From: the human T2T-CHM13v2.0 reference genome, Homo sapiens
Length of the DNA stretch: 64,000 bases
Assembly (NCBI RefSeq): GCF_009914755.1
Contig: NC_060925.1
Reading direction: 5' to 3' (one strand)
The position numbers and the translations under genes are program-made. Position 1 is the first letter of the stretch; each line of letters starts with the position of its first letter. Below are positions 35,862 through 52,760 of this stretch, piece by piece. The notes under the pieces were generated by a model. The model saw only the letters and a program-made list of their open reading frames with translations. It did not search any database and was not told the DNA's origin.

Positions 35862-35930
<69 letters not shown>

Positions 35931-38786
35931 TTTCCCTAGCATATACCTGGAAAGTGAGAGTGCCAGGCTGGTTCCATTCTGACTATCCATGACTCCAGGT
36001 CCCTGAGCTCTTATGAAGGTGGTTGATAAGGCATGGGACTGTGTGGCAAGTGAATGTCTGCTAAGATCATGATGGATCCCCTTTTCTCCAGATTCTGAGT
36101 TCCCGCACTCTGGCACCTTTCTCTCTCCATCCTCTTTCTCAATGTCTTTCTCCCCATTCTATCTGTTCTTTTGTCGCAGGGCTCAAGGAGCCTCTCTCCT
36201 TCCATGTCACCTGGATCGCATCCTTTTACAACCATTCCTGGAAACAAAATCTGGTCTCAGGTTGGCTGAGTGATTTGCAGACTCATACCTGGGACAGCAA
36301 TTCCAGCACCATCGTTTTCCTGTGCCCCTGGTCCAGGGGAAACTTCAGCAATGAGGAGTGGAAGGAACTGGAAACATTATTCCGTATACGCACCATTCGG
36401 TCATTTGAGGGAATTCGTAGATACGCCCATGAATTGCAGTTTGAATGTGAGTTCAGTTTTCTCCATGGAGAGTGGTGAGGTGGGAGAGAGGGGTTGTCTC
36501 AATGTTTCTTATTCCTTTAGGAAACAGCCTGACTCTCTTCTGTATCTTATTCTATTCTTTCCACCATAAAACTGCAATTGCATACTTTTGGGCAAGGGCT
36601 ATCATCCAGACCTTAATTCTCCAAACACTTCTGCTACTTATGAACTCCTCTCTCATTGATTGCAGGGTTGTGCATTATTATCTTTTCTTACAGGTATCCC
36701 AGGACCACCCTTCTGCCTGCCCTACAACCAGATACCTTCAGCTTTCTCACTTTCTCATTCATTCTCTTCAGCAGTCTCTCTATATATACTCAATTGTAAC
36801 CCATTGCATTTAATTCAACCTAAGTTGTTATAATCCCAGTTCTCTTACACCAGGTCCTTGCTCACCCACAGCATTCACATCACCTTCTTTGACCAGTTTG
36901 CCCTCTTCCTCATGTTATTAATCTTTTCCTCCACCTACAGCTCCCACCAATTCCTCTTTCTCTGAATCCCTGACCAAACCAAATTTTATTCCATTATGTC
37001 AAACCCTGCACACTTCCCCCTTCTGCTTCTATAATCTTTGCTTCTACTCATTTCATTTTATATTTTTTTCTCCCTCTTTCCTCTATTTCATAACCCCAGA
37101 TCCTTTTGAGATACAGGTGACAGGAGGCTGTGAGCTGCACTCTGGAAAGGTCTCAGGAAGCTTCTTGCAGTTAGCTTATCAAGGATCAGACTTTGTGAGC
37201 TTCCAGAACAATTCATGGTTGCCATATCCAGTGGCTGGGAATATGGCCAAGCATTTCTGCAAAGTGCTCAATCAGAATCAGCATGAAAATGACATAACAC
37301 ACAATCTTCTCAGTGACACCTGCCCACGTTTCATCTTGGGTCTTCTTGATGCAGGAAAGGCACATCTCCAGCGGCAAGGTCAGTCCTGCACTCTCCCTCC
37401 AAGAAGTTTTGATTTGAAAATCATACCCTTCCACCACCTCCTTCCAATTTAGAATAAGGAAGAGCCACCCAGAAGTGGGAAAGGCTGGGTGCAGTGCCTC
37501 ACATCTGTAATCCCAGTACTTTGGGAAGCTGAGGCTGGAGGACTTCTTAAGGGCAGGAGTCCCAGACCAGCCTGAGCAACAGAGTGAGACCAGTGTCTCT
37601 AAAAAATAAAAATAAGTTAGCCAGTCATGGTGGTACACACCTGTAGTCCCAGTTACTTAAGAGGCTGAGGCAGGAGGATCGCTTGAGCCTAACAGTTTGA
37701 GGTTACAGTGAGCTATAATTTATAATTATGCCACTGCATTGCAGCATAGTGACAGAGTGAGACCCTGTCTCAAAAAAAAAAAAAAGAGAAATGGGAACAA
37801 TGTGTCTATCTAAACTTCTAAACTGTTGTGGAGATATGAAACTCCAAGTCTGTATTTGAATATCTTTTCTGTCCTTTGCAGTGAAGCCCGAGGCCTGGCT
37901 GTCCCATGGCCCCAGTCCTGGCCCTGGCCATCTGCAGCTTGTGTGCCATGTCTCAGGATTCTACCCAAAGCCCGTGTGGGTGATGTGGATGCGGGGTGAG
38001 CAGGAGCAGCAGGGCACTCAGCGAGGGGACATCTTGCCCAGTGCTGATGGGACATGGTATCTCCGCGCAACCCTGGAGGTGGCCGCTGGGGAGGCAGCTG
38101 ACCTGTCCTGTCGGGTGAAGCACAGCAGTCTAGAGGGCCAGGACATCGTCCTCTACTGGGGTGAGAAAAAGCTAAGGCCCAGGCTGGAAATGCCAGGAAG
38201 TGGACCTCAGGCATAGAGGGAGGGCAAGCTGAAAATTTTAGGATTTTAGGGATTATAGCCCAAACATGAATAAAAATAGATAATCTAAGAAATGGAAATG
38301 TTGAAAATGAGGGCCCTGTAGATGCAGGAGGATGCTGAGGGTTAACTGAAGAATCCATCTCTGAGCAGGGATGAGAGAAAAACATAGAAAAAAAGGAGAT
38401 TGGTAAGTTGGATACTCAAATGAAAAAAAGAAGCCCAGGGAATGCAGTGAAATAGGGAGTGGATGAGGTAAAATGGGATGGATTATAACATCCTTGGTGT
38501 CTCCCCAAATTCACAGAGCATCACAGTTCCGTGGGCTTCATCATCTTGGCGGTGATAGTGCCTTTACTTCTTCTGATAGGTCTTGCGCTTTGGTTCAGGA
38601 AACGCTGGTGAGTTCTTTGCATGTGTCTTTCCTACTCTTAGCCTCTACCCCACTTTTCTTCCCATGTTTTTTGTTTTTCTCTCCTCAGTTCTTCTCTCCC
38701 CAGTCCCCTTCCCTCTTGCTCCTCAATTCTCAGCTCCACCTTATTCAGAGTGACTTCTATCTCTGTTCTCATCCAGTTTCTGTTAA
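35762..38786 (+). CDS. CD1A: T-cell surface glycoprotein CD1a (327 aa); join(35762..35819,36180..36446,37100..37378,37882..38160,38517..38607,38777..38786)
   Basis: Exons total 984 nt with GT-AG introns. Translation [31 protein letters not shown]...[11 protein letters not shown]. Leader/alpha1/alpha2/alpha3/TM/cytoplasmic exon layout; short tail lacks a YXXphi motif, as known for CD1a. Confidence 0.99.
35862..35928 (+). repeat. Compound (TC)n(GT)25 microsatellite, CD1A intron 1
   Basis: Direct reading. Confidence 0.95.
36180..36446 (+). CDS. CD1A: CD1A exon 2 (alpha1)
   Basis: [11 protein letters not shown]...YAHELQFE; CAG acceptor, GTGAG donor. Confidence 0.98.
37100..37378 (+). CDS. CD1A: CD1A exon 3 (alpha2)
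   Basis: [13 protein letters not shown]...AHLQRQ; CAG / GTCAG boundaries. Confidence 0.98.
37483..37785 (+). repeat. AluJ in CD1A intron 3
   Basis: Diverged Alu dimer with A tail. Confidence 0.9.
37882..38160 (+). CDS. CD1A: CD1A exon 4 (alpha3 Ig domain)
   Basis: [30 protein letters not shown]. Confidence 0.98.
38517..38607 (+). CDS. CD1A: CD1A exon 5 (transmembrane)
   Basis: [30 protein letters not shown]. Confidence 0.97.
38777..38786 (+). CDS. CD1A: CD1A exon 6 coding part (CFC-stop)
   Basis: CAG|TTTCTGTTAA. Confidence 0.95.
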
Positions 38787-39335
38787 GACACACCATGAGC
38801 CTCCTCGTCACCCTTCTCCTTTTGGGGTGAGAGACCAGCAGCCCAAGGGCTCCAGACACACCTGAACACATCGTGATGATGACGTCCTCTCAACTCTCTT
38901 TGTAAAAATTTTGTTATTTTTGCTTGTTTCTGATTAATGATTGTTTGTCAATATAAGCTCAATTTAATTTTGCAGGATTTGTTGTTCTGACCTGGGTTCT
39001 GGGACTTTTAAATTCAAATTTTATCTCCAGATGGAATGGGGTCCTAGCAACCTCCACATGTTCAACTATTAATGGATCATCAGGCCTGTTTTAGATATCC
39101 CTTACTCCAGAGGGCCTTCCCTGACTTACAAGTGGGAAGCAGTCTCTTCCTGGTCTGAACTCCCGCCACATTTTAGCCGTACTTTGCTAACTGTGCTCCT
39201 CACTTCCTCTTCTTCATTGCAGTTATTTAGATCCCCCCTTTCCTTCTAATTTTTCAGCTCCTTCAATGCAAAGTACATGTATTTTTAATATATGCATCCC
39301 TGGTGAAGGATCTTGCCTGCATGAAACATGTTCTC

Positions 39336-39341
39336 AATAAA
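39336..39341 (+). terminator. CD1A: CD1A polyadenylation signal
   Basis: AATAAA about 550 nt after the stop, followed by GT/T-rich sequence. Confidence 0.85.
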
Positions 39342-39882
39342 ACTCTGTGTTGAATTTATGCCAAATTTGTAGTGTTTTCTTATTCTTTTCCTTCCTGGTG
39401 CTTTTGAAGTAGTTGAGACATTTGATACTCTTCTGCTTAAAAGTCTTCTCACTTGGAGGAAATTTTACACATTCCTAGTTCTATAGTTTGTTCTCTGAGC
39501 TCCAGAGGAGAAACACAATTTTGCCTCTTACTACTCCTATCATTCAACTATAGAGAGCTCTTCGAGTTAAATTATTGTTCCAGGTATGCAAGGCAGGATG
39601 TATATCTTTACTATTCAGTGGTTCAGGGAAAAGCAGCAGAGTTCTCACATTGGAGCTTGTTAGAAAGGTAGAATGTGGGCCTCACCTTAGGTTTACTGAA
39701 TTATAATTTGTGTTTTGGAAAATCAGCAGGATACTCACATGTCCATTAAAATTTGTGAGGCACTGATGCTGGTGATGCCTGAGATGTAGTACAAGTGTGT
39801 CACTGAATTGAAAATGATCAAAAAAGGGAACAAGAGTGTTACTCCTGAAGATTGAAGTGAGATCAAGGCAAGTAATGTACCT

Positions 39883-40812
39883 ACTGCACCTTCTCATTAT
39901 TCATGGCAGTTATGTTGTGTGCAGTTGCTGCAAATACTGAATTTGTGAGCAATGAGCCATTGTTCCCAGGGGAAATACAGGTGTTAGGCTCTTGTGAGAT
40001 TTTTCACAACATTTTTGTCAACTGGTGAATACATAAGCTGGTTTTATGTGTGTTTCTGTTTAAAAACATCTTATTTTATATATGTATATATAATTAATTC
40101 ATTATATGCAGTATTTCTTTATAATAAAACACTATCTACGAAGTGTTTAATATATTCCTGACCTTGGTTAACATGATCACAAATTTCTTTGGTTTTCAGC
40201 TTCACAACATTGCTGTCCACTACACTTAAAAAAAATGGTTGTCATTTCATGAATCCACAAATGTAGCTATTTTCCCATAGCTTCAGCATAGCATTATAGA
40301 TGTTACTTTCCCAAGCAGCCTCACCTACAGATGGGTGAATTTCCTCCCCCTTTTCCTGCATGTACTGCACTGTTGATTTATTTTTATTTATTTATTTATT
40401 TTATTTATTTATTTATTTATTATTTTTATTTATTTATTTATTTATCTCTGTAAGGCATGTCACAGCTTTCTTATGCTTAGGAAAATGCGACAGCACTTAA
40501 GCACTACACTTGGGACCATTTAAGATTGTGAAATCACCAACCAAAAACCCAAAAATGTGCAGAAGTTGGCACTATATAGACTACAAAAAGGACACTTGTT
40601 TACTGTGTGAGAGCTGGAACATGAAGACAAAGCACCACCTTTTTCGACCTTAGTTAGGAACATGTTCTTTGGGGGACTCAAATTTTGTACCTCACTGCAT
40701 ATATTCATGAATGATTGTGAATATGCTATGAATATATATCTAGGGGTTACAAATAAAATTTGGCAAGTAGACAAATTAGCAAATATAACATTTTTGAATG
40801 ATGAGGATTGAC
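39883..40812. mobile_element. MER82/Tigger17-family DNA transposon remnant with (ATTT)n expansion
   Basis: MER82-like ends (TCATTATTCATGGCAGTTATG ... GAATGATGAGGATTGACT). The minus strand of about 40130-40375 gives a decayed Tigger-transposase-like peptide (LHLWIHEM..KLKTKEICDH). Confidence 0.6.
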
Positions 40813-41885
40813 TATTGACCCCAGATGGTAGATGGTAGTATTTGTCAAGATATCCATAGCTAGACTTCAATTACTTTAGGATTCATGAATTCAACAAATA
40901 TTTCTTATGATTCTGCAGGTTGCCACTTTCATTTCTTGTTGTTTATTTCTCAGTTTTCTAGTATAGTAACTTATTAGAGTTGAACTTGGGGAAAAGGACT
41001 TAGCTCTAATTTGTTTAGGATACTGAGAAGAGGGGCCCAAGGCAAGGGAAACATCCAGGCAGACCAGGTGCAGTTGGCAGTGGCTGCGTATATGGAAATT
41101 TTTGGAAACTGAACTTGTAATGGGTGAAGGGGAAAAGAAAAATATGGGATAGAGGAGAGCAAAGAATGGGACAGCTGCAGTCTTTTTACCTGTGTTTGAC
41201 ATGATTGGTTCCAACCCATTTGGGTTTGAATCCACCTTGCCACATTTGCATAGTAGTCATCTGGCTTTTGGTTGGTTGATACCACCTTCAGCTCTAGTGG
41301 TCAGCCTAAGGCAATCATGATAACTCATTCTTTACAATGTGATAGGCTAAAGGATGGAAGGTAACCTGAGATTTAAGCCAATCATCATATAGATCCCACT
41401 TACCCTTGCTCAGAGTGGTGGTTCAGGGCTATGTACTTGTTCTAAAATGACACTGTTTACATGACGCCTGATTCTTGTGTTTGACAATAGGGAAAAGAGA
41501 GGCTCTCTCTTGTCCTGGATGGTATGGTGTGAGGTATAGAGCTTGAAACAGCTCAAGTCATTTTTTTTTCAGCACCAGAGAAATCACACAGGCAAGAAAG
41601 TAGAGGCAACGGACTCTCAGAAGAGTCCAGATTAAACTGTATCCAAAGCCTGAATGAACCCTGGACTTCTCAGTGATGTTAGATGATACATTTCCTTTAC
41701 TGTTTCAGCCTATCAAGTTGGGTTTTCTCCTGTTTGTGCTTGAAAGCATCCTATCTGATGTACATGGACCCTAGGGGACACTTAGCTGATTTTACTCTTG
41801 GTTGAAGTATTCCTCTTTATTTCCATCTTCCTCCTCCTCCCTTCTTGGGATTGGCTATACTTTAAAATTGATTTCTTTTCTTTCG

Positions 41886-42122
41886 CAGGTTGAGTATTCT
41901 TTATCTGAAATGCTTGGAATCACAGGTGTTTCAGATTTCAGATTTTTGGGGGGGCTTTAGAACATTTCCATACACCCACCAGCCGAGCATCCCTAATCTG
42001 GAAATCTGAAACTTGAAATGCTCCAACGAGCATTTTCTTTCAGCATCGTGTCAGTGCTCAAAATGTTTTAAATTCTGGAGCATTTTGCATTTCAGATTTT
42101 CACATTAGGAATACCTGACCTG
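41886..42122. mobile_element. Tigger4a/MER46-like DNA transposon
   Basis: CAGGTTGAGTATTC..TCTGAAATGCTTGG ... ACCTGTA termini. Confidence 0.8.
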
Positions 42123-44029
42123 TAGTTTTTTTCTTATATGTGTGCTTATCTTTTTAAACTCTTACACTGTCCTGTTTTTAACTATGCTGCCTGAATTAAT
42201 TACTCTCTTGAACTTTTCATATATTTCTGACCAGGAATAAAAGTGCTGCATCTGCTGCTAAGTGAGTGACTTTGGAAAGGTTCCCTGATCTTCCTTCTTT
42301 TCTTTGGTTAAATGGAGGCAAAAATATATACTCTTAGGATTTTCATAGGAATGCAAAGGCAACCTAGTGTTATTAAAATGCCAGGAGTTTGGTCTACGGC
42401 CTGCTGCTTGCCACATAAAAACCAGTTACCGAGGCAATGAGTATTGCCTTTAATTGACTGCTGCAGCCGAGGAGATAGGAAATCAATCTCAAATCCATTT
42501 CCTTGATTGACTAAAATTAGGGATTTATAGGGCAGGGAAGAAACAGAACCCTGTGTGGCAAAATAGGAATTAGGGAGAGGTAAGGAAGAAGAATTGGTCA
42601 ACAGCAAGCAGGTGGTTGCTTAAGCAATCATGATGGGTGAGGAGTCTGGCATCTCGTTGTCCAGATGCGGTAGATTGGTAGGTTTTAGTTGTTTTTGACA
42701 AGGTTTAGTTCCCTGGCTGGGAATGTATTGCTAGTAACTTGGCTGCTGTGGGCAGGGAGAGTCTCAAAAGTCCTCCTAAGCAGCTGCCCAACACTTTTTT
42801 GGCTACAGGTGGGTGTTGGTTTTTCTTTCTCTGGCCCTACCTCTGCCAGCCCCAGCTGTGTTTCTGATTGCCTAGGAAGAGCAGCCTTTGAAATGTGTCA
42901 TCTGAGTCTGGATGGGTGAATGTCTTTTGTGGGTACCAGACAGTGGGATCTTCTCCTCTCAATTTGGGGAATTCTGGAGGAATTTCCATTTGCAGGTTGA
43001 ACAAGCCCAACTGATTGATATTGGAACTCGTTGGTTGCTGCAGCAATTGGACAGTGTTTTAGTGATTGCTTGTTTATTTGTGTGTGTTAATATAGTCACA
43101 GGAAATCAGAATTTGATAAACTGATAATATTTTGTAGCACTGTTTGGCTTCAGTGTTCTTTGGAATCTGGAGAAGTTTGGCTTCTCCATGGGTCATGCTG
43201 TTGAGTGAGACAGTGGAACGGTGTTATGGTGTTACATGTATCTAAGCTTTTAGGCTGCTGTTCTAAGCAGGGTTGGACCTGGTTAGTACATGATGTTCTT
43301 CTATAGTGCTGTTTGGCCCTAGTGGTCTTTGGAGCCTGGGGAAATTTAGCCTTTAATAATCAAACGGCCATGGAAACTGCTTTACCCAAATTTTGGTTCA
43401 AAGCTTTCATTGGATTACATATTGGGGCAAACAAACTTGAGCCATGTGAACATGTTCCTAAACCAGTGGTTTGGTATTGCTATCTCATGGCTAGAGTTCC
43501 AAGGTAAAAGCTATTGGATCTTTGTGTGTGTATGTGTATACATGTTTATATGTGTTTATGTGTATGTACATTTATTATGTTGTATGTTGTGTCTACCAAA
43601 TTGGCTTATAAATAAAAGAGCATCTTATACACTAAATAAATAAATCTAAGGAATTTTCAATTTTATGTGACTTAAGTAAATGTTTATTTAAAAAGCTGGC
43701 TTTAAAGTCATTAGTAATAAAAAAATAAGAATGTCTTAACAGTGTTAGAATACATTTTCGTCTGGGTTTTATAATTGTCTTTGCTAGATACTTTGAGGTG
43801 TCAGTGTTTGGCACAGAGGGTTATAAAAGTATAAACCCAGCCAAAACAAAATGATCTTTGTTTGTGTGCCTTCTTTGGCAAATAAGACTAAGTAAATGTT
43901 GTTAGTTTAATAAAAACAGTTGAATCTTCTAAGTTATTGGCAAAAATACCTATGTATTTAAGTTGCTTACTTAGGTGAGCACCTAATATTCATAGGCTAC
44001 AAATAATGGTCAACAGAGCAATAACCTGA

Positions 44030-44382
<353 letters not shown>

Positions 44383-44919
44383 TATAAATTGTTTAAAAAG
44401 ATGAAAGAATTGAATACATGTAAATGGGATACATGCTTGTAGGTGAGCTTTTTGTGTAATTTAAAATCTTAAAATTATTTTTGATGCTTCTTGGATGTCT
44501 GGCTCATTTCCAGTTAAGAAAGGGTTATGATATGGAGAAACATGTTTTTATAAATTGTGGAATGTTTTCATCTATAAAATGCAAATATTTGATAGACAGT
44601 TAAAGATTTCTTGCTTCCTAGTTTTCACTAAAATTTAAGGTTACTAAGAATAAGAATTGTAGTTAATATATAATTTAGTATATAAAACCTGCCAAAGAAG
44701 GTGTTTTCTTATTGAGAAATGGAATAATTTTGTCTAATTCAAATGTTTTCTAAAGTTTGATCCCAATTATGGACTCGAAAAACTTATTTATGAAATAAGG
44801 TAGAAAGGAACCAGCAAGTAGGGAAGAGAGATGTGAAGAAAGTTAAGAACATAAAGATGTATTTTTGGCAAGAAAGGTTAAAAAGAAAAGAGGATAATTT
44901 TATACAAGTATCTTTTCTT

Positions 44920-45548
44920 TTAGACTTTTATTTTAGGTTTGGGGTACGTGTGCAGGTTTTTTATATAGTAAACTCATGTTGTGGAAGTTTGTTGTACAGA
45001 TTATGTCATCACCCAGGTACTAAGCTTAGTACCCAATAGTTATTTTTTTCTGCTCCTCTCCCTCCTCTCATCCTCCATCCTCAAGGAGGCCCCAGTGCGT
45101 GTTGCGTGTTGTTTTCTTCTTGGTGCTCATGAACTCTAATCATTTAGTTCCCACTTAAAAGTAAGAATATGTGGTATTTTGTTTTCTGTTCTTGCATCAG
45201 TTTGCTAAAGATAACGGCCTCCAGCTCCTTCCATGTTCCCACAAAAGATATGATCTCATTCTTTTTTATGGCTGCATAGTATTACATGGTGCATAGGTAC
45301 TACATTTCCTTTATCTAATCTGTCGTTGATGGGCATTTAGGTTGAATCCATGTTTGCTATTGTGAATAGTGCTTCAGTGAACATTTGTGTGCATGTGTCT
45401 TTACGGTAGAATGATTTATATTTCTCTGGGTATATACCTAGTAATGGATTGCTGGGTTGAATGGATATTTCTGTTTTCAGCTGTTGGAGGAATCACCATA
45501 CTTCTTTCCACAATGGTTGAACTAATTTACACTCCCACCAACAGTGTA
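44920..45548 (-). mobile_element. L1 3'-end fragment (older L1PA/PB)
   Basis: L1 3'UTR and ORF2-end motifs on the minus strand. Confidence 0.85.
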
Positions 45549-46446
45549 TGTGTGTCCCCTGAGAAAACAATCTGACAGCATTTTTTTTTTCCTAAAAATA
45601 AATGAATTTTTTAAAAAAAATTTAGGACAAAACAGAAAGTTCAAGCATGACACAGATGCCTTGTTGAAGTCATATGTTGTTTTCTTTCTGTTTCTCTGTG
45701 TGTTTATCTTCATGTACATAAACAGAAAATAAAAAGTTGAAAAGTTTATATAGTAAATATCCTTTAAAAACTGATAGAAAATTGGAGACATTTGACTAAT
45801 TAACATTGTTCACCGTTAAAGCTCTTAGTCTTGATGAAGGTACAATAAGAATTATTATAAATAAATACATTGGCAGTTTGATAATTCTTTTTAAATATAG
45901 TTAAGCCTGAAGCCAGATTTAACATGGAGTCAAATTTTACATAAATGCTTGCATTGCTTTGTTTCACACTGTATTTGTTATTCTACATAGAAAGTACTAG
46001 CACTAAGGTACTTATTGGTTACATGCCTAAAGTGAATTTCTTAATTGCACAAAATGTAGAGTGGTACTGGTGGACTTAAACACATTAATTAGTATATCAG
46101 AAACAGAATATCATATTTTTTTAGGCCCTGGATAACACTGTAGACTCCAAGGTAAACTAAGTAAGAGAAAATTTGGGAGTTATTTTCCTGTTGGTTTTGC
46201 TTTTAATTTTCATTTATTTGCTGTTTGTTCTCCTTTGGGTTTTACTTATATTTACATACATATAAAACAATTGGTGTTTTTTAGTTTCTACTGTAAGGCT
46301 TGTATTTGGTTCTATGAATAGTCATTTTGTTTCCTATGCATTTCCAAAGGCTTATCATTTGCTCTATTTATCTAAAATTCCTAAGCTGTCTTTGTCAAGC
46401 TTCCAAAAATTGGCAGAGGACAGCAGCCATTTAAAATTTGGACTGG

Positions 46447-46733
46447 GGCTGGGTGCAGTGGCTCATGCCTGTAATCCCAGCACTTTGGGAGGCCAAGGTG
46501 GCTGGATCACCTGAGGTCAGGAGTTCCAGTCCAGACTGGACAACATGGCAAAACCCTGTCTCTTCTAAAAATACAAAAATTAGCTGGGGGTGGGATTACA
46601 GTAATCCCAGCTACTCAGGAGGCTGAGGCAGGAGAATAGCTTGAACCCAGGAGATGGAGGTTGTGGTGAGCCAAGATTGCACCACTGCACTCCAGCCTGG
46701 GTGACAGAAGTGAGACTCTGTCCCAAAAAAAAA
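46447..46733 (+). repeat. AluS
   Basis: Alu dimer with A tail. Confidence 0.9.
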
Positions 46734-47044
46734 TAGTTGAATTTTACTTTGTAAAATTAAGAATTTCTCTTCAACAAACTACACACTGAGAAAAATTAAT
46801 GCGTAGACAATTAAGAAAACTATTTGGAATTCTAACAATAAAATGGGTATATATAACATATATGAGATATACACCCATATATGAATTTGGAGATGTTTGT
46901 TGATTAAGTATACATGTGTAGAAACAACAGACCAGACTGTTGCGAAGGTCTTCAAGAAAGTGCTGAATGCAATGCATCAATACACGAAGCATACAGTACA
47001 ATACCTGTATTGCAATTAGAGTTGTACACATCAAATAGTACCAC

Positions 47045-48533
<1,489 letters not shown>

Positions 48534-48699
48534 ACACCATGTGTTAAAAGAACACATAGGCACAGAAGGATGACACATTAATACATTAAAATGTGGGGAA
48601 GGGAAGGAAGTGGGGATAATAAGTAAATAAAATAATATACAGAGGAAGCCCGCTCAGGCCAAATGATATCCACGCCATGAATAGAAGAGAATGAACTCA

Positions 48700-50026
<1,327 letters not shown>

Positions 50027-50249
50027 AAGATTCCAGAGAAGACAGAACACAATACAACAAATCAAAAATTGGAAAATTATGATGCATAGAATGAAGAAAC
50101 TGAATTGGGATAAAAGGGTCGCACCATGGGTAACTTCCCAGGGAAAAATAATAAAAATGCATGATATTGTGTAAAATACTTCTGTGTCTAAGTACAGAAT
50201 CAAAATATCTGCAACATTAAAACTCGGGTTGAAAATGTCAGGGTTTTTC

Positions 50250-52760
50250 ACCCTGATACCAAAACCAGGAAAAGACAATAATAATAATGATTTAAAAAAA
50301 ACTGCAGACCAATATCCCTAATGAACGTAGGTGCAGAAATTCTCAACAAAATACTAGCTAACCGAATCCAACAGCATATCAAAAAGTTAATATATCATGA
50401 TCAACTGGGTTTTGTATCAGGGATGCAGGGATGGTTTAACATATGCAAGTCAATAAATATGATACATCACGTAAACAGAATTAAAAACAAACATATGATC
50501 ATCTCAATAGATGCAGAAAAAGCATTTGATAAAATCTAGCATTCCTTTATGATAAAACCCTCCAAAAAATAGGCATAGAAAGGACTTACCTCAAAGTAAT
50601 AAGAGCCATATATGACAAACCCACCGCCAACATCATACTGAATGGGGAAAATTTGAAAGCATTCCCCTTGATAAGTGGAACAAGACAAGGATGCCCACTT
50701 TCACCACTTCTATTCAATATAGTACTGAAAGTCCTAGCCAGAGCAATCAGACAAGAGAACAAATAAAGGACATCCAAATTGGAAAAGAGATCAAACTGTC
50801 ACTGTTCGCCCACGAGTTGATCACATACTTAGAAAAACCTAAATACGCATCCAAAAAGCTCCTAGATCTGACAAACAAATTCAGTAAAGTCTCAGGATAC
50901 AAAACCAATGTACACAAATCAGTAGCACTGCTATTCACCAACAGTGACCAAGCCGAGAATCAAATAAAAAAACTCAATCCCTTTCACAACAGCTGCAAAA
51001 AATAAAATAAAATACTTAGGAACATTCTTAATAAAGGATCTTGAAAGATCTCTACAAGAAAAACTACAAAACACTGCTGAAAGAAATCATAGATGACACA
51101 AACAAATGGTAACACATCCCATGCTTGGGGATGGGTAGAATTAATATTGTGAAAATGACCTTGCTGCCCAAAGCAATCTACAGATTCAATGCAATTCCCA
51201 TCAAAATATCTTTATAATTTTTCACAGAACTAGAAAAAAGAATCCTAAAATCCATATGGATCCAAAAAAGAGCCCACATAGCCAAAACAATACTATGCAA
51301 AAGAACAAATCTGGAGGCATCACTTCATTCAACTTTAAAGTACACTACAAGGCTATATTTACCAAAACAGCATGGTACTGGCATAAAAATAGACACGCAG
51401 ACCAATGGAGAGCATAGAAAACCCAGAAATAAAGCCATATATTTAACAACCAACTGATCTTTGACAAAGCATACAGAAACATAAAGTAGGAGAAATGACA
51501 CCCTATTGAAGAAAAGGTGCTTGGATAACTGACAAGCCACATGTAGAAGAATGGAACTGGATTCCCATCTCTCAGCTTATGCAAAAATGAACTGAAGATG
51601 GATCAAGGACTTAAATATAATATCCCAAACCATGAAAACTCTGTAAGATAACATCAGAAAAACTCTTCTGCACATTGGCTCAGGAAAATAATTTATGACT
51701 AAGGCCCCAAAAGCAAATGCAACAATAACAAAAATAAATATATGGAACCTAATTAAACTAAAAAGCTTCTGCACAGAAAAAGAAATAATCAGTGGAGTAC
51801 ACAGACAACCCACTGAGTGGGAGAAAATACTCATAGACTATGCATCTGACACAGGACTAGTATCCAGAATCTACATGGGACTCAAATAAATGAGCAAGAA
51901 AATGACAAAAATTCCACCAAAAAATGGGCAAAGAATGTGAATAGACAATTCTCAAAAGAAGATATACAAACAGCTAACAAACATTAAAAAAATGCTGAAC
52001 ATCACTAATCATCAGGGAAATGAAAATTAAAACCACAAAGAGATACCACCTTACTCCTACAAGTATGGCCATAATTAAAAAGTAAAAAAACAAAAGATGT
52101 TGGCCTGGATGTGGTAAGAAGGGAACACTTATACACTGTGGTTGGGGATGTAAATTAGTACAACCACTATGGAAAACAGTATGGAGATTCCTTAAAGAAC
52201 TCAAAGTAGAACTACCATTCGATCCAGCAATCCCACTACTGGGTATCTACCCAAAGGAAATGAGACCATTATATGAAAAAGACACATGCACATGCATGTT
52301 TATAGCAGCGCAATTCACAATTGCAAAGATATGGAACCAACCTAAGTGCCCATTGACCAATGAGTGGATAAAGAAAATGTGGTAGATATTTACCATGGAA
52401 TACTACTAAGCCATAAAACAGAACAAAATAATGTCTTTTGCAGCAACTTGGATGGAGCTGGAGGCCATTTTTCTAAATGAAGTGATTCAGGAATGAAAAA
52501 TCAAATATTGTATGTCTCACTTATAAGTGGGAGCTAAACTATGAGGACACAAAGGCATTAAGAGTGATATAATGGACTTTGGATACTTAGCAGGGGGGAG
52601 ATTGGGAGGGGGTGAGGGATAAAAGACTACATATTGGATACCGTGTACACTGCTGTGTGACGGGTGCACTAAAATCTCAGAAATCACCACTAAATAACTT
52701 ATCCATGTAACAAAAAACCACCTGCATCCCAAGAACTAATGGAAAACAAACAAAAAACAA
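50250..52760 (+). mobile_element. 5'-truncated L1PB-type LINE-1
   Basis: Decayed ORF2 RT/C-terminus; L1PB-like 3'UTR (CACTAAAATCTCAGAAATCACCACTAAA); A-rich tail. Confidence 0.88.

Noticed and set aside
35563-38871. Antisense and alternate-frame ORFs over CD1A
   Set aside because: By-products of the CD1A exons, the microsatellite and the Alu; no independent gene signals.
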